DNA of 64,000 bases, taken from positions 240-64,239 of the forward strand of contig DVNO01000036.1 in assembly GCA_018714345.1 (NCBI GenBank), given 5' to 3'. Every line of letters starts with the position of its first letter. Positions within the stretch are counted from its first letter, which is position 1. The DNA comes from Candidatus Enterousia avicola (GTDB taxonomy: Bacteria > Pseudomonadota > Alphaproteobacteria > Rs-D84). Under the pieces are notes generated by a model that saw only the letters and a list, made by a program, of their open reading frames with translations, was not told where the DNA came from and searched no databases. The position numbers were made by a program, and so were the translations under genes. This document shows positions 18,136-29,066 of this stretch, one piece after another.

Positions 18136-20376
18136 TTATAATATGTGTCTTTTATTATTTGCATCTGGCGGACTGACAATACCTTCTTGTTCCATACGTT
18201 CCATAAATCCGGCAGCCTTATTATAGCCAACCCCCAAACGCCGCTGTATATATGAAATTGTTGGCTTTTTATCCCGCAGAACACATTCCTTTGCCTGAGT
18301 ATAAAGGTCTGCATCTTTGTCTGCCTTAACCTGAGCAGCACTTGCCCCACCGCCTGCTGCAACAGCACTAGTATCTTCTTCTGCATCCGTAACACCTGCT
18401 GCATATTCTGGTTCACCCTGTGCACGCAAGAAATCACCAACACGATTCATTTCTTCGTCCGATATGAACGCACCATGTATACGAACTGGGACACGCCCTG
18501 CCTCGCTAAACAACATATCACCACAAGCCAATAATTGCTCGGCCCCTTTCTCGCCCAATGTGGTCATAGAATCAATCACACTTCGTGCTTGGAAAGATAC
18601 ACGTGTCGGGAAGTTAGCCTTTATCACACCAGTAATAGTTGTTGCATCTGGACGCTGGGTCGCCATAACCAAATGAATACCAGCCGCACGCGCCTTTTGT
18701 GCAATACGTTGAACACAAGCTTCAACTTCTTTACGAGCAAGGCTCATCAAATCTGCTACCTCGTCAATAATTATCACGATATATGGCATATCGGACAAAT
18801 CAACTTCTTGTGTTTCAAACAATAATTCACCGGTTTCTTCATCTGTACCAACTGCAACCTGACGCGTAACCTTCTCGCCACTTTCACGCTTTTGCGCAGC
18901 CATTTCATTATAACTTTCTATATTACGAGCATTTAAAATCTGTAACTGTTTATAGCGCTCTTCCATCTCTCGTACGGCCCATTTCAAAGCATTTACAGCT
19001 GCTGCCGCATCTAACTTTACAATCGGAGTTATTAAATGAGGAATGTCATCCCAGAACCCAAAATCAACCCCCTTTGGATCAATTATTATTAATTTGCATT
19101 TATCTGGCGTAAAGTGATAAACAATAGACATTATTATTGATTGCACGAAAACAGACTTTCCAGACCCCGTTCGACCAGCAATTAACATATGCGGCATTTT
19201 CGCCAAATCATAGTACATAGGATTTCCACCTATATCCACACCCAACGCCAATGGTATTTTGTACTTGGAATTTATAAATGTATCATTATCTACCAATGAC
19301 TGAAATCTTACGGTCTGTCTAGTAATATTTACCATTTCCACACCAATTAATTGTGTACTTGGTATATGAGCGATACGAATATTTTCAGTAGCCATCGCAC
19401 GCGTCATATCTTTCACAGTCTTACTAACATCCGCCATACGAACACCACTTTCTGGCATAAATTCATACAGCGTAACAATAGGCCCCGGACGAATACCAAC
19501 AACCTTGCCCTTAACACCATATTCTGCGAAATGTACCTCCATCGCAGCCGCATTACGCTTCAATTCGGGTGTGACTATATTTTTCCCGAAATTAGACCTT
19601 TCTAAAAACGCAGGGTCCGGTAGTTCATATTCATGCTCGCCTACTTCTGTTTTTATTTTTACATTGCGAGCACTTTTGCGCTGTCTACGATGAGTTGGTT
19701 TTTCTTCTTCTGTTTTCTCTTGTTCTTCTTCATCTTCATCAGGAATCTCATCATCCGCATCTTCTTCTGCCACATCTTCTTTTGTTGCTGGCACAAGACG
19801 AAATATGGACAACAACCATCTAACAGCACGCCAAATAAAACCAAACAAGCTTTTAATATGAACCCGCTTTATATGCAACAACAACGCACCTAAAATAAAA
19901 AATAAAGCAACACAAGAAATACCAAGCAAAAGTCCCCAACCGCCTAAAACAGATCCAACGTCAGCGGCAGCTATATACCCCAGCATTCCACCAAAAGTAG
20001 AAGACGGCGCAAGCAACCCAAATCCCACAGCACCTAAACAAACCGTAACAAAAGCTCTCAAAAAATTATATTCTGGTGCAAAATCTTCTTCCCAATTCAC
20101 CAACCAGACCAACCCCAATCTTGCCACACATAAAATGATAAATAATGCCGGCAAAAATCCTACAAAATATCTAAGGAAACCAACGACCTGCCCCATAAAA
20201 GACTGCTGTCCAAACGTACTAGCGGCAGCAAAACCATTAAGATACGGATCCAAAAACAATAAAGCAAACAGCGCCCACGCCCCAATTCCTAAAAAGGCGA
20301 GCCCAACTATACGTTTTACCAACCCCTTCAGCGCGACAGAAACGCTTTCCGGTAAAAAATTAGAACTTTTTGCCAT
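18136..20376 (-). CDS. ftsK: DNA translocase FtsK
   Basis: N-terminal TM domain, PHMLIAGRTGSGKS, IIDEVADLM, ATQRP, gamma domain ISYIQRRLGVGYNKAA. Confidence 0.97.
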   Translation of the reverse strand: MAKSSNFLPESVSVALKGLVKRIVGLAFLGIGAWALFALLFLDPYLNGFAAASTFGQQSFMGQVVGFLRYFVGFLPALFIILCVARLGLVWLVNWEEDFAPEYNFLRAFVTVCLGAVGFGLLAPSSTFGGMLGYIAAADVGSVLGGWGLLLGISCVALFFILGALLLHIKRVHIKSLFGFIWRAVRWLLSIFRLVPATKEDVAEEDADDEIPDEDEEEQEKTEEEKPTHRRQRKSARNVKIKTEVGEHEYELPDPAFLERSNFGKNIVTPELKRNAAAMEVHFAEYGVKGKVVGIRPGPIVTLYEFMPESGVRMADVSKTVKDMTRAMATENIRIAHIPSTQLIGVEMVNITRQTVRFQSLVDNDTFINSKYKIPLALGVDIGGNPMYYDLAKMPHMLIAGRTGSGKSVFVQSIIMSIVYHFTPDKCKLIIIDPKGVDFGFWDDIPHLITPIVKLDAAAAVNALKWAVREMEERYKQLQILNARNIESYNEMAAQKRESGEKVTRQVAVGTDEETGELLFETQEVDLSDMPYIVIIIDEVADLMSLARKEVEACVQRIAQKARAAGIHLVMATQRPDATTITGVIKANFPTRVSFQARSVIDSMTTLGEKGAEQLLACGDMLFSEAGRVPVRIHGAFISDEEMNRVGDFLRAQGEPEYAAGVTDAEEDTSAVAAGGGASAAQVKADKDADLYTQAKECVLRDKKPTISYIQRRLGVGYNKAAGFMERMEQEGIVSPPDANNKRHIL

Positions 20377-20432
20377 GCGCTTTATTTTATCACAAAATTC
20401 ACAAAAATGTTAGAAATTCTAATAAAAATAAA

Positions 20433-21131
20433 TTATTTTGCGATGTCCGCCCAATAGCGCTTTAAACCAGCTTTTACAAGATCTGCAGCAACCATACCTA
20501 TAAAAGCACCAAAAATCACGTCTGACGGCCAATGTGCACCAACACATACTCTTGAAATTCCTATTATTATTGCCAGTGTCCATGTAAACCACTTTATTCT
20601 TGGTGCTAACAATCCTAACATCACCAAAGCGGCGAAGGATGCGAACGTATGACCAGAAGGCATGGAATTAAAAGCCCAATCCGTAGAAAATGGTACGAAG
20701 CCAGTTTTATCCAAAGCTTCAAAAAATACTGGTCTCATTCTGCCGATAACTATTTTTAATATTTTTCCAACAACACTTGCCGCCAACACAGACGCCAACA
20801 CGAAAAACGCGTAACTATTATGAGTTTTTTCAATAAAATCTTTACAAAAAACGATTAAACTAAACTTGTGTTTCTCATTCTTAAATTTTGGTTTAGTTTT
20901 CACTATCTTCTTTATATAAAAAGCCAACAAAACAACTACCGAAACACCCAGCCATACCTTTGCATCGAAAATAACATCAAACAAGCGCCATATACTATAA
21001 TCAAAATTACGTAAAAATAAGTACAGAGGCTTATCAAACCATAAAATTCCAGACAAGACTAATATTGCTGTAATAACCGCACCACCTGCAATCCAATTCC
21101 ACTTTATCTTATTATCTTTCGTCAAAAACAT
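20433..21131 (-). CDS. PAP2 family phosphatase (possibly a lipid A or undecaprenyl-PP phosphatase)
   Basis: KIVIGRMRP, SMPSGH, SRVCVGAHWPSDV. Confidence 0.92.
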   Translation of the reverse strand: MFLTKDNKIKWNWIAGGAVITAILVLSGILWFDKPLYLFLRNFDYSIWRLFDVIFDAKVWLGVSVVVLLAFYIKKIVKTKPKFKNEKHKFSLIVFCKDFIEKTHNSYAFFVLASVLAASVVGKILKIVIGRMRPVFFEALDKTGFVPFSTDWAFNSMPSGHTFASFAALVMLGLLAPRIKWFTWTLAIIIGISRVCVGAHWPSDVIFGAFIGMVAADLVKAGLKRYWADIAK

Positions 21132-21153
21132 ATTTTCCTCATTTATTGCGACA

Positions 21154-22662
21154 TTATTCTGCGATAAGCTTATTATAAACTTTCATATCGGTTAGAATTT
21201 TTGCTGATACCGCCTCAGCCAAAGCGTCTTCATCTGCCCCACTTGTTATAACAGGACACCCCCGTCTTACATCAGCAGGGTCAATATCATCATCACGATT
21301 AAAATCTTTTGCATTAAAATCATTATTTATCACATTTAAAAAGAATGCATTCTGTTGACTTTCCGATCTTATATTTGAAAGACAAACGATTGGGAAAATA
21401 CCACGCCCATCAATATCGCGCCCAGTTCCAGTCTTTATTGCTTTGTTTAATAATTCTAATGCGCCACCATTATTTAAATTTATACGCGTAGCTATTCTTG
21501 CACTTCCAGCAGTCGGGGTCCCCACAAGAACACCACGTTCATATTCATAAAAAGCTGCCGCTATTGCTTCTGCCGTACCCTTTGTCATATCAGACATCAA
21601 AACTACAACAGGCGCATCTGTAACCGCATTTCCACCAGGGGCTATTTCAACTTCATCCTTAGCCGTCTCCACTATTCTCATTACAGGCTGCTTTCCTATA
21701 AACAATCCTGCGAACTTTGCGGCAGCTTTCTCATCATCACCACTTGCCGCACGCAAGTCTAAAATAATTCCAGTTAAATCATCGTACTTAGCCAAAGCTT
21801 CGTTTACAATCGAGACCGCATTGTCAGATAACTTATGAACTATTATCTCTAATATACCACTTCCAGTTTCTTCATCTGCCCTATGAACAACATCTGCATC
21901 GGCAAGTATTATCGAAGCCCTGCGTAATACCACATCTTTTTCGCCACTTGGTGACAAAAGTTTTAATTTTGACGTACCAGAATTGAATCCTGACAAAACC
22001 GCAGACAGCTCCGAATCAGTCATCCCTGGAACCGACTTGCCATCTATTGCGACTATTAAATCGCCCTCCGTAATTCCGACCGTATCAGCCGGTGAATCTT
22101 TATAAATACCAGTTACTCTATAATTACCGTACTCGTCACGAAAACCTTCTAATCCGACACTAGTTAAAATTCTGCCGTCTTCCGTTACTTCCGCCTTTCT
22201 GGAATAAATATACCGACCGTTTTCGTCTATACCACGCATTAAACTATCAACAACCATTTTATACATTTCACTTGTTGAAGCATTATGCAAAACAGAATCA
22301 TTAGCACGAAGTTTTAAAATAAGTGCCGTAGTAATTTCACCGAACCCTTTCCAATCACCTGCAGCCGGTCTTGGATAATTAGCAATTATAGAATCCCCCC
22401 AAACCAAAACAACTCTTTCATCGGTTGCAGCAATATGAGCATTTGAATTTAAATTTTCCAAACTTTCTATTGCAATATTTATATTCTTGCCACCCCACTT
22501 CACACCATCTAATTTCTCATATATATCAGCGAAAGTATTTGATACGTCAAAAACATTCAAACCATCTTGTACGGGCTCGTCTTCAAAGAAAAGACTTTCT
22601 GCAAAGCATGGGAATATAGCCAAGGAAAGAACAGCGGATAAAAATAAATTAAATATTTTCAT
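21154..22662 (-). CDS. PDZ + S41 (CtpA-like) protein, catalytic residues apparently lost
   Basis: Signal peptide, PDZ (DSPADTVGITEGDLIVAIDG), IILDLR, DGRGIFP. TKGTAE replaces SASASE and TAGSA replaces TFGKG. Confidence 0.8.
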   Translation of the reverse strand: MKIFNLFLSAVLSLAIFPCFAESLFFEDEPVQDGLNVFDVSNTFADIYEKLDGVKWGGKNINIAIESLENLNSNAHIAATDERVVLVWGDSIIANYPRPAAGDWKGFGEITTALILKLRANDSVLHNASTSEMYKMVVDSLMRGIDENGRYIYSRKAEVTEDGRILTSVGLEGFRDEYGNYRVTGIYKDSPADTVGITEGDLIVAIDGKSVPGMTDSELSAVLSGFNSGTSKLKLLSPSGEKDVVLRRASIILADADVVHRADEETGSGILEIIVHKLSDNAVSIVNEALAKYDDLTGIILDLRAASGDDEKAAAKFAGLFIGKQPVMRIVETAKDEVEIAPGGNAVTDAPVVVLMSDMTKGTAEAIAAAFYEYERGVLVGTPTAGSARIATRINLNNGGALELLNKAIKTGTGRDIDGRGIFPIVCLSNIRSESQQNAFFLNVINNDFNAKDFNRDDDIDPADVRRGCPVITSGADEDALAEAVSAKILTDMKVYNKLIAE

Positions 22663-22699
22663 AAAATTAATCCTCCCCCTTTCCTTGGTTACAAAAGTT

Positions 22700-23569
22700 T
22701 TATTTTGTATCGTCTCTAAGATTAAAGTGATACAAAATTACATTTGAAATATAAATACTTGTGAGCGTCCCCATAACCACAGCGAATGTCATAGCTATTG
22801 CAAAATCGCGTAACATCGCCCCACCAAACAAGTACAGTGCGACCATAGCCAAAATAGTAGACAAACCTGTCATAATTGTTCTGCGCATCATTTCATTTAC
22901 CGACAAATCAATCAGGTCATCCATCGGCATTTTATGATACATTTTTATATTTTCTTCTATACGGTCATAATTCACAACCTTATCATTAATCGAATATCCA
23001 ACGCCCATCAAAATTACAGCAATTGCAGTTTGATTAAATTCCAATCCTGTAATGGAAAAGAATCCGAACATAATGACAAAGTCCAAACAAAGGGACACAA
23101 AAGAACCTATTGCATACCCACCACGATATCGAACCCAAACATATACAGACATAAGTATAAAAGAGAACAAAACCGCCAAAATTCCACCACGAACAAGTTC
23201 CCCACCAATCTTAGGTCCAACAATCTGTACCTGAGAATATTCAACTTTGTTACCTAAAATATTTTTTATTTCGGTAACACGTTGGTTCTGTTCAGCATCG
23301 GTCGCCCCTTTATGTAAGCCGACACGAACCAATATCGCACCATTATTTCCAACTGATTGAAGTTCAGGTTTAAACTGAGCCAAATCAGCCCTCATCTTAT
23401 CAATGGTATAATCGGCAGACACTGGTGTAACCTCCATAGAAATACCACCAGCAAAATCTATACCATAATTCAAACCACGAACCAGCAAAGACAATATAGA
23501 CAGCCCAACCAATGCCGCTGCCACCCAGTACGATAATTTACGATACTTCATAAACTTAAGTTTCATCAT
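22700..23569 (-). CDS. secF: Protein translocase subunit SecF
   Basis: GLNYGIDFAGG, VGPKIG, GYSINDKVVNYDRIEEN. Confidence 0.96.
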   Translation of the reverse strand: MMKLKFMKYRKLSYWVAAALVGLSILSLLVRGLNYGIDFAGGISMEVTPVSADYTIDKMRADLAQFKPELQSVGNNGAILVRVGLHKGATDAEQNQRVTEIKNILGNKVEYSQVQIVGPKIGGELVRGGILAVLFSFILMSVYVWVRYRGGYAIGSFVSLCLDFVIMFGFFSITGLEFNQTAIAVILMGVGYSINDKVVNYDRIEENIKMYHKMPMDDLIDLSVNEMMRRTIMTGLSTILAMVALYLFGGAMLRDFAIAMTFAVVMGTLTSIYISNVILYHFNLRDDTK

Positions 23570-23576
23570 CTGCCCC

Positions 23577-25136
23577 TTACTTACTTCTTACGTAACTAAT
23601 TTTTTTATTTTTCCCATTCATATACCAGTCGATGATTACTTTTGACAAAGAGACACAAGTAAACAATGTGGTCAAAACACCGACAGACAATGTTACGGCA
23701 AATCCGCGAATTGGTCCTGCACCGAATTGGAACAAAACCAACGAGCAAATAAGATTTGTTAAGTTACCGTCCAACACAGCTTTCATAGAGCGATGGAACC
23801 CTGCTTCAACTGCGCGCAATGGGGTTGAACCTGCCCTAATTTCGTCACGAATTCTTTCGAAAGGCAAAATGTTAGCATCCACCGCCATTCCAAGAGTCAA
23901 AACGATACCAGCAATACCTGGCAAAGTTAATGTTGCTCCCAAGAAAGCGGAAATACCTATTATCATTGCCAGATTTATCACCAACACGAAGCTAGCAATG
24001 ACACCAAAGCCACGATAACAAACAATCATAAAAATCATTATGAAAATCATACCTACCAGGGACGCAATTTTACCTGCTGCAATAGTATCAGCCCCCAAAC
24101 CAGCCCCAACGGTACGTTCTTCTATAACCTGCAATGGGGCTGGTAATGCACCACTACGTAAAAGTACTGCTAAATCTTTTGCACCCTGCAATGTAAAGCC
24201 ACCAGAAATCTGACCACGCCCACCTGGGATAGGCTCACGAATTGTAGGAGCAGACAATACCATGTCATCTAATACTATTGCAAAACGTTCATTAACATGT
24301 TCCGTTGTTAAACGTGCAAATTTACGCGCACCTGCCGCGTCAAATACTGTCGTTACAACAGGCATATTGTTCTGGTCATAATCGGCCTGAGAATCTTTCA
24401 AAGATTCACCCGAAACCTCTACACGAGAATATACTGGTATTTTTTGATCCGGTGCTTCCATCAAAGGTAAAAATTCTGTTCCTTTTGGTGCCCGTCCCGA
24501 CTGCAACTGTTCCTGTGTCACATTTTCATTTACCAAATGGAAAGTCATTTTTGCGGTTTGACCGATTAGCTCCTTTATGCGTTCAGGATTGTCGACACCT
24601 GGCAATTGAACCAATATATACTTACCACCCTGACTTTGAATGGAAGGCTCCTTGGTCCCCAGCGCATCAATACGACGGCGAACAATCTCTATACTACGAG
24701 ACAAGGCATCCTTTACCATCTCGTCTTTTGCCTTTTGCGAGTACGTCAACGAAACATTGCGACCATCTACAGATATGTCGATAGAGTCACCAAATTCACT
24801 TTTCAAGCGCCCCCTAGCCTTAGAAACATCATCTTCATTTCTAACAACAAATGACACAACACCATCGGCATTGCGCATATTAGAAAATCTAATAACCCCC
24901 TTATTCCTGTCAATTAAAGCACTACGTGCATCTTCATACAACTGAGCAGTTTTATCCTGCATCATAGTATCTGTATCGACTTCCAGCAGCAGTTGCGCAC
25001 CACCTTTCAAATCCAAACCCAACGGGATTGGATGAATCCAAGACGGAAAATACGGTGCCAAGCTTGGCGCAATTGTCGGAACCGCCAACAACACACCAAA
25101 AACTGCGACAAAAATTATTGCCAGTTTCTTAAACAT
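23577..25136 (-). CDS. secD: Protein translocase subunit SecD
   Basis: LGLDLKGG, RRRIDALGTKEP, LRSGALPAPL, GMAVDANIL. Confidence 0.97.
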   Translation of the reverse strand: MFKKLAIIFVAVFGVLLAVPTIAPSLAPYFPSWIHPIPLGLDLKGGAQLLLEVDTDTMMQDKTAQLYEDARSALIDRNKGVIRFSNMRNADGVVSFVVRNEDDVSKARGRLKSEFGDSIDISVDGRNVSLTYSQKAKDEMVKDALSRSIEIVRRRIDALGTKEPSIQSQGGKYILVQLPGVDNPERIKELIGQTAKMTFHLVNENVTQEQLQSGRAPKGTEFLPLMEAPDQKIPVYSRVEVSGESLKDSQADYDQNNMPVVTTVFDAAGARKFARLTTEHVNERFAIVLDDMVLSAPTIREPIPGGRGQISGGFTLQGAKDLAVLLRSGALPAPLQVIEERTVGAGLGADTIAAGKIASLVGMIFIMIFMIVCYRGFGVIASFVLVINLAMIIGISAFLGATLTLPGIAGIVLTLGMAVDANILPFERIRDEIRAGSTPLRAVEAGFHRSMKAVLDGNLTNLICSLVLFQFGAGPIRGFAVTLSVGVLTTLFTCVSLSKVIIDWYMNGKNKKISYVRSK

Positions 25137-25147
25137 ACCCTAACCCT

Positions 25148-25459
25148 TTATTCAACGCTTGCGACAGCGCCCTTGTTAACTTCTATAACGACCCCATCCG
25201 CAATTTCTAACTCTATAGACTTGTCATTTATTTTCTTTATTGTGCCGTATATACCAGCAGCCATTACTCGATTCCCAACTTTCAAAGAATCTATCATTTT
25301 TTGGTATTCCGCCATACGCTTTTTATTTGGCCTGACCATAAACAAGTAAATTATCGCGAAAATAATTAAACAGTACAGCAACATTCCCCACCAATCATTC
25401 GCAGGAACAGTATTAGCCGCATTAGTTGCAGTATCCACTACCGCCGTCGTTTCTTCCAT
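25148..25459 (-). CDS. yajC: Preprotein translocase subunit YajC
   Basis: Single TM, FMVRPNKKR...LKVGNRVMAAGIYG; immediately upstream of secD. Confidence 0.94.
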   Translation of the reverse strand: MEETTAVVDTATNAANTVPANDWWGMLLYCLIIFAIIYLFMVRPNKKRMAEYQKMIDSLKVGNRVMAAGIYGTIKKINDKSIELEIADGVVIEVNKGAVASVE

Positions 25460-25553
25460 AATTTTTCTCCTTAGATAGAAACCTATTATAATGGTTCAGA
25501 ATAGTAAAAAAAGCCGATTATGTAAAGGAAAAATAGTCAAAAACTGCATAAAA

Positions 25554-27278
25554 TCAGACTCGCTCGAACCAACCATCTATATCTATCAGTGGAATTATTT
25601 TATATACTGGTCGCCCATGATTACATTCACCCGCCCGACTTGTAGTCTCTATGTCACGCAACAAAGCATCCATCTGTTGCAAGTCCAGCTTTTGCCCAGC
25701 CCTGACACTATGATGACAAGCATAATTCGCAAGTTTTAAATGCAACCGTTCCCCCAACTGAGAAGAATGACCATATTGTCTTACTTCATCAGCAATCGCA
25801 TGGAAAAGATTTACCCAATCTAAATCCCAATCTGCCGGTTTTTCAAAAATAGCAATCGCATCATCCCCAAACGCCCCTATATGCAAACCAGAATCTTTCA
25901 TTTCTTCTGAAATAGACAATACTGCCTCAACATCCTCGCCCCGCAATGAGACAACAATAGGCGTTAACAATGGTTGAACTTTTATTTTATGCTTACGCAA
26001 TTTTTCGTAAGTTATACGTTCATGTGCTGCATGCTGATCCACTATTACCAAATTTTCCCCACTCTGCGCCAAAATATACTTATTGCCAATCTGCCCTATC
26101 ACACGCCCCAGAGGTAAATCTTCCTGTGCATGCTCTTCTACTTTATTTACAGACAAATCTTTACGTTCTGGCACATTAAACATAAAAGCAATATCTGGCC
26201 CTTTCTTTGGTTCAGCAACAAAAAAATCCCTTCTATTAAAGTTCAGGCTTTGCTGCATATGCATTGGTACTTCTGCACCAATATGCTGAGCGACCTCCCT
26301 ATCACTTAAAGTCTGCGCCAAAACATCCCGCAAAGATTTAATTATGAAAGAACGGATATGAGATGGTTCTAAAAAATGCACCTCTGTCTTAGCTGGGGAA
26401 ACATTTACATCCACACTTCTTGGGTCAAGCGTCAAATAAAGCGCACACAACGGAAATTCTCTTGCATGCATTACATCCATATAAGCCGCACGCAACGCAC
26501 CGACCAGCACCTTGTCTTTAACAGGTCTGTCATTTACAAAAAGGTATTGATCAACAGAAGATGCCCGTCGCAATGTCGGTTCTGATATAAAACCGGTTAG
26601 TTTTAGTGTCGCATTTGATGCAGATTTTGCATCAACACTTAACATCCTTCCCCGAACATCATCCCCCATAACAGCAGCAATACGTTCCGCCATCGGCTGA
26701 TTTTTTGGAAATCGCCACTTATTATTTAATGTAAAGCCCACATCTGGTCTTGCCATTGCCAATCTTTTTACAACGTCAAGGACAGATATCATCTCTGCCC
26801 TATCCCCACGTAAAAACTTCAATCTTGCTGGTGTTTTGGCAAACAAATTCTGAACACGAATACGTGTTCCTTCTTCCCAGTCGGACGGTTTTATATCACC
26901 TGTTTCACAATTTAAAGTCCAGCCATTTGAATCTTCACTATTGCGCGTATCTATTACCATATCAGAAACAGACGCAATAGATGGTAACGCCTCGCCTCTG
27001 AAGCCCATAAAGTTTATATTCAGCAAATCATCCATCGGAAGCTTTGAGGTCGCGTGCCTTGTTATACTTTTTGCCAAGTCCTCTTTTGACATACCGCAAC
27101 CGTTATCTATAACGGAGATAAGCGTACGTCCACCGTCTATGACATCTACAACAATCTGGTCGGCACCTGCGTCTAATGCATTTTCAACAAGCTCTTTCAC
27201 AACGCTTGCAGGCTTTTCTACAACTTCACCCGCTGCAATTTGATTTATCAGAAAATCTGGTAAAACCCGAATCGGCAT
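25554..27278 (-). CDS. mutL: DNA mismatch repair endonuclease MutL
   Basis: NQIAAGEVVE, GFRGEAL, DQHAAHERITYE, CNHGRP. Confidence 0.97.
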   Translation of the reverse strand: MPIRVLPDFLINQIAAGEVVEKPASVVKELVENALDAGADQIVVDVIDGGRTLISVIDNGCGMSKEDLAKSITRHATSKLPMDDLLNINFMGFRGEALPSIASVSDMVIDTRNSEDSNGWTLNCETGDIKPSDWEEGTRIRVQNLFAKTPARLKFLRGDRAEMISVLDVVKRLAMARPDVGFTLNNKWRFPKNQPMAERIAAVMGDDVRGRMLSVDAKSASNATLKLTGFISEPTLRRASSVDQYLFVNDRPVKDKVLVGALRAAYMDVMHAREFPLCALYLTLDPRSVDVNVSPAKTEVHFLEPSHIRSFIIKSLRDVLAQTLSDREVAQHIGAEVPMHMQQSLNFNRRDFFVAEPKKGPDIAFMFNVPERKDLSVNKVEEHAQEDLPLGRVIGQIGNKYILAQSGENLVIVDQHAAHERITYEKLRKHKIKVQPLLTPIVVSLRGEDVEAVLSISEEMKDSGLHIGAFGDDAIAIFEKPADWDLDWVNLFHAIADEVRQYGHSSQLGERLHLKLANYACHHSVRAGQKLDLQQMDALLRDIETTSRAGECNHGRPVYKIIPLIDIDGWFERV

Positions 27279-27284
27279 TAAGAG

Positions 27285-27755
27285 TTATTCCTTAAACTTT
27301 ACTTCTAATATTTCATATTCTTTTTCACCAGACGGCAATTTTACGATACAGGTGTCCCCGACACAGCGTCCAATCATCGCACGACCAACCGGAGACGTAC
27401 AAGAAATAACCTGCTTTCCATCAGATTCTATATCAGACAAAATTCTGCACTGCATACGATTTCCGTCTTCATCTTCTGCAACAACACGGGCACCAAAAAC
27501 CACCCTGTCGCCAGACAAGCTGTCGACATCTATTACATCGGCATTATTTATAAAGTCTTCAATGAATTGAATACGCTTATCTATTTGTCTTTGCTTTTCT
27601 TTTGCCGCGCTATAATCGGCGTTTTCGGACAAGTCCCCAAGAGACCGCGCCCACTGAACAGTTTTTAAAATTTCTGGGCGTTGCACCTCTTTCAAATCTT
27701 TCAATTCTTTTATAAGGCCGTCAAAACCAGCCCTGGAAATCGGTTTTTTTTCCAT
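27285..27755 (-). CDS. greA: Transcription elongation factor GreA
   Basis: GDLSENADYSAAKE, ISCTSPVGRAMIG. Confidence 0.95.
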   Translation of the reverse strand: MEKKPISRAGFDGLIKELKDLKEVQRPEILKTVQWARSLGDLSENADYSAAKEKQRQIDKRIQFIEDFINNADVIDVDSLSGDRVVFGARVVAEDEDGNRMQCRILSDIESDGKQVISCTSPVGRAMIGRCVGDTCIVKLPSGEKEYEILEVKFKE

Positions 27756-27856
27756 TTTTTACAACCTCGCTATTTCGTTGAAATTATAAGCATTCATTTT
27801 AATTTTGCAATTATCAAATGAACAAGGTATACTTTTTAATTGATTGACGAAAAAAC

Positions 27857-28918
27857 ATGAGACTAAAACCTAGAATTTTGACAAGATTCCTAATGCGCCG
27901 TTTTTTTTCCGGCTTTGGTCTGGTAATGCTTGTCGTATGTGGAATCATAATGGCAGTGACTTTTGTTGAAAGACTGCCAGCTAATCCAGATGCAACTGCT
28001 GCATTAATAGATTCTTGGCGCAGGCTTTTAGAATACGTACCAATGTTTTTACCTATGGCGGTGTTTATGGGTACGCTTTTGGCATATTATAATCTAACTA
28101 AATCTAGCGAAAGTATTATTGTATCAAGTGCTGGATTATCACCATTTCAAATGGCGCGGCCATCTTTAATTGGCGCAGCTTTAATAGGCATAGTTGCAAC
28201 AACAGTGGTAAACCCATATTCCGTAGAACTAAATTCTAAGGAAATAACACCTGATCACTTGGTACTTATTGATGACGAGATATGGTTAAGAGAATCTTCT
28301 GATAACGGCTTTATAACAATGAACGCAAAAAACATGCATAAATCTGGCGATATATTGTTATTCGATGACGCTACCATATATGTCCAAGCCCCTGACTTTA
28401 AACTTGAACAACGTGTTCAGGCACAAACCGTCACATTATCAGATACAGGTCTAAGTGCGAACAAGGCAACCACATGGGATACCAAAGGCGTTCCAACTGT
28501 TTCGTCCTGGCATATAAATACATTATTGACCCCACAGACAGTACTTGACCGCTATTTACAACCAGACCAGATTTCTTTTTGGGAACTACCAAATTTCATA
28601 AAAAAGATGGAAAGAATTGGGGTTTCTGTCCGTGGGCATCAAGTTCAATTTTGGACGTTGCTATTTTTACCTTTAACTATGATAGCTATGGCAACACTTG
28701 GGGTTGCGTTTTCACAAACTCGTCAAAGGCGCAATTATAGCTTTGGTGTAAAATTCGGTATTGGAATTTTGACGTGTTTTGCTGTTTATTTCTTAATAAA
28801 TATGTTCAATGCGCTGGGGTCGACGGGGGTATTTCCACCACTATTAGCAATTGTTGCACCACCATTAATAATAATTGCTGCGGCAGGTGTATCAATTACT
28901 ACATTTGATACCATTTAA
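27857..28918 (+). CDS. LptF/LptG family LPS export permease
   Basis: 3+3 TM layout, SESIIVSSAGLSPFQ, periplasmic jellyroll-like region starting IWLRE. Confidence 0.88.
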   Translation: MRLKPRILTRFLMRRFFSGFGLVMLVVCGIIMAVTFVERLPANPDATAALIDSWRRLLEYVPMFLPMAVFMGTLLAYYNLTKSSESIIVSSAGLSPFQMARPSLIGAALIGIVATTVVNPYSVELNSKEITPDHLVLIDDEIWLRESSDNGFITMNAKNMHKSGDILLFDDATIYVQAPDFKLEQRVQAQTVTLSDTGLSANKATTWDTKGVPTVSSWHINTLLTPQTVLDRYLQPDQISFWELPNFIKKMERIGVSVRGHQVQFWTLLFLPLTMIAMATLGVAFSQTRQRRNYSFGVKFGIGILTCFAVYFLINMFNALGSTGVFPPLLAIVAPPLIIIAAAGVSITTFDTI

Positions 28919-28934
28919 AATAACGGAGGAACTT

Positions 28935-29066
28935 ATGCCACTTCGAAAAAAGAATACAAAACGAAATAAAATCATAATATGGACATTGATAATAATTCTT
29001 GTCCTGCTTATGATAATATCATTTTCAACGACCCAAAATGTAACAGAGATAGTTTTATATCCATGA
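28935..29066 (+). CDS. Small 43-aa single-TM membrane protein
   Basis: GGAGG RBS; MPLRKKNTKRNK followed by a hydrophobic helix; the stop overlaps the xerD start (ATGA). Confidence 0.7.
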   Translation: MPLRKKNTKRNKIIIWTLIIILVLLMIISFSTTQNVTEIVLYP

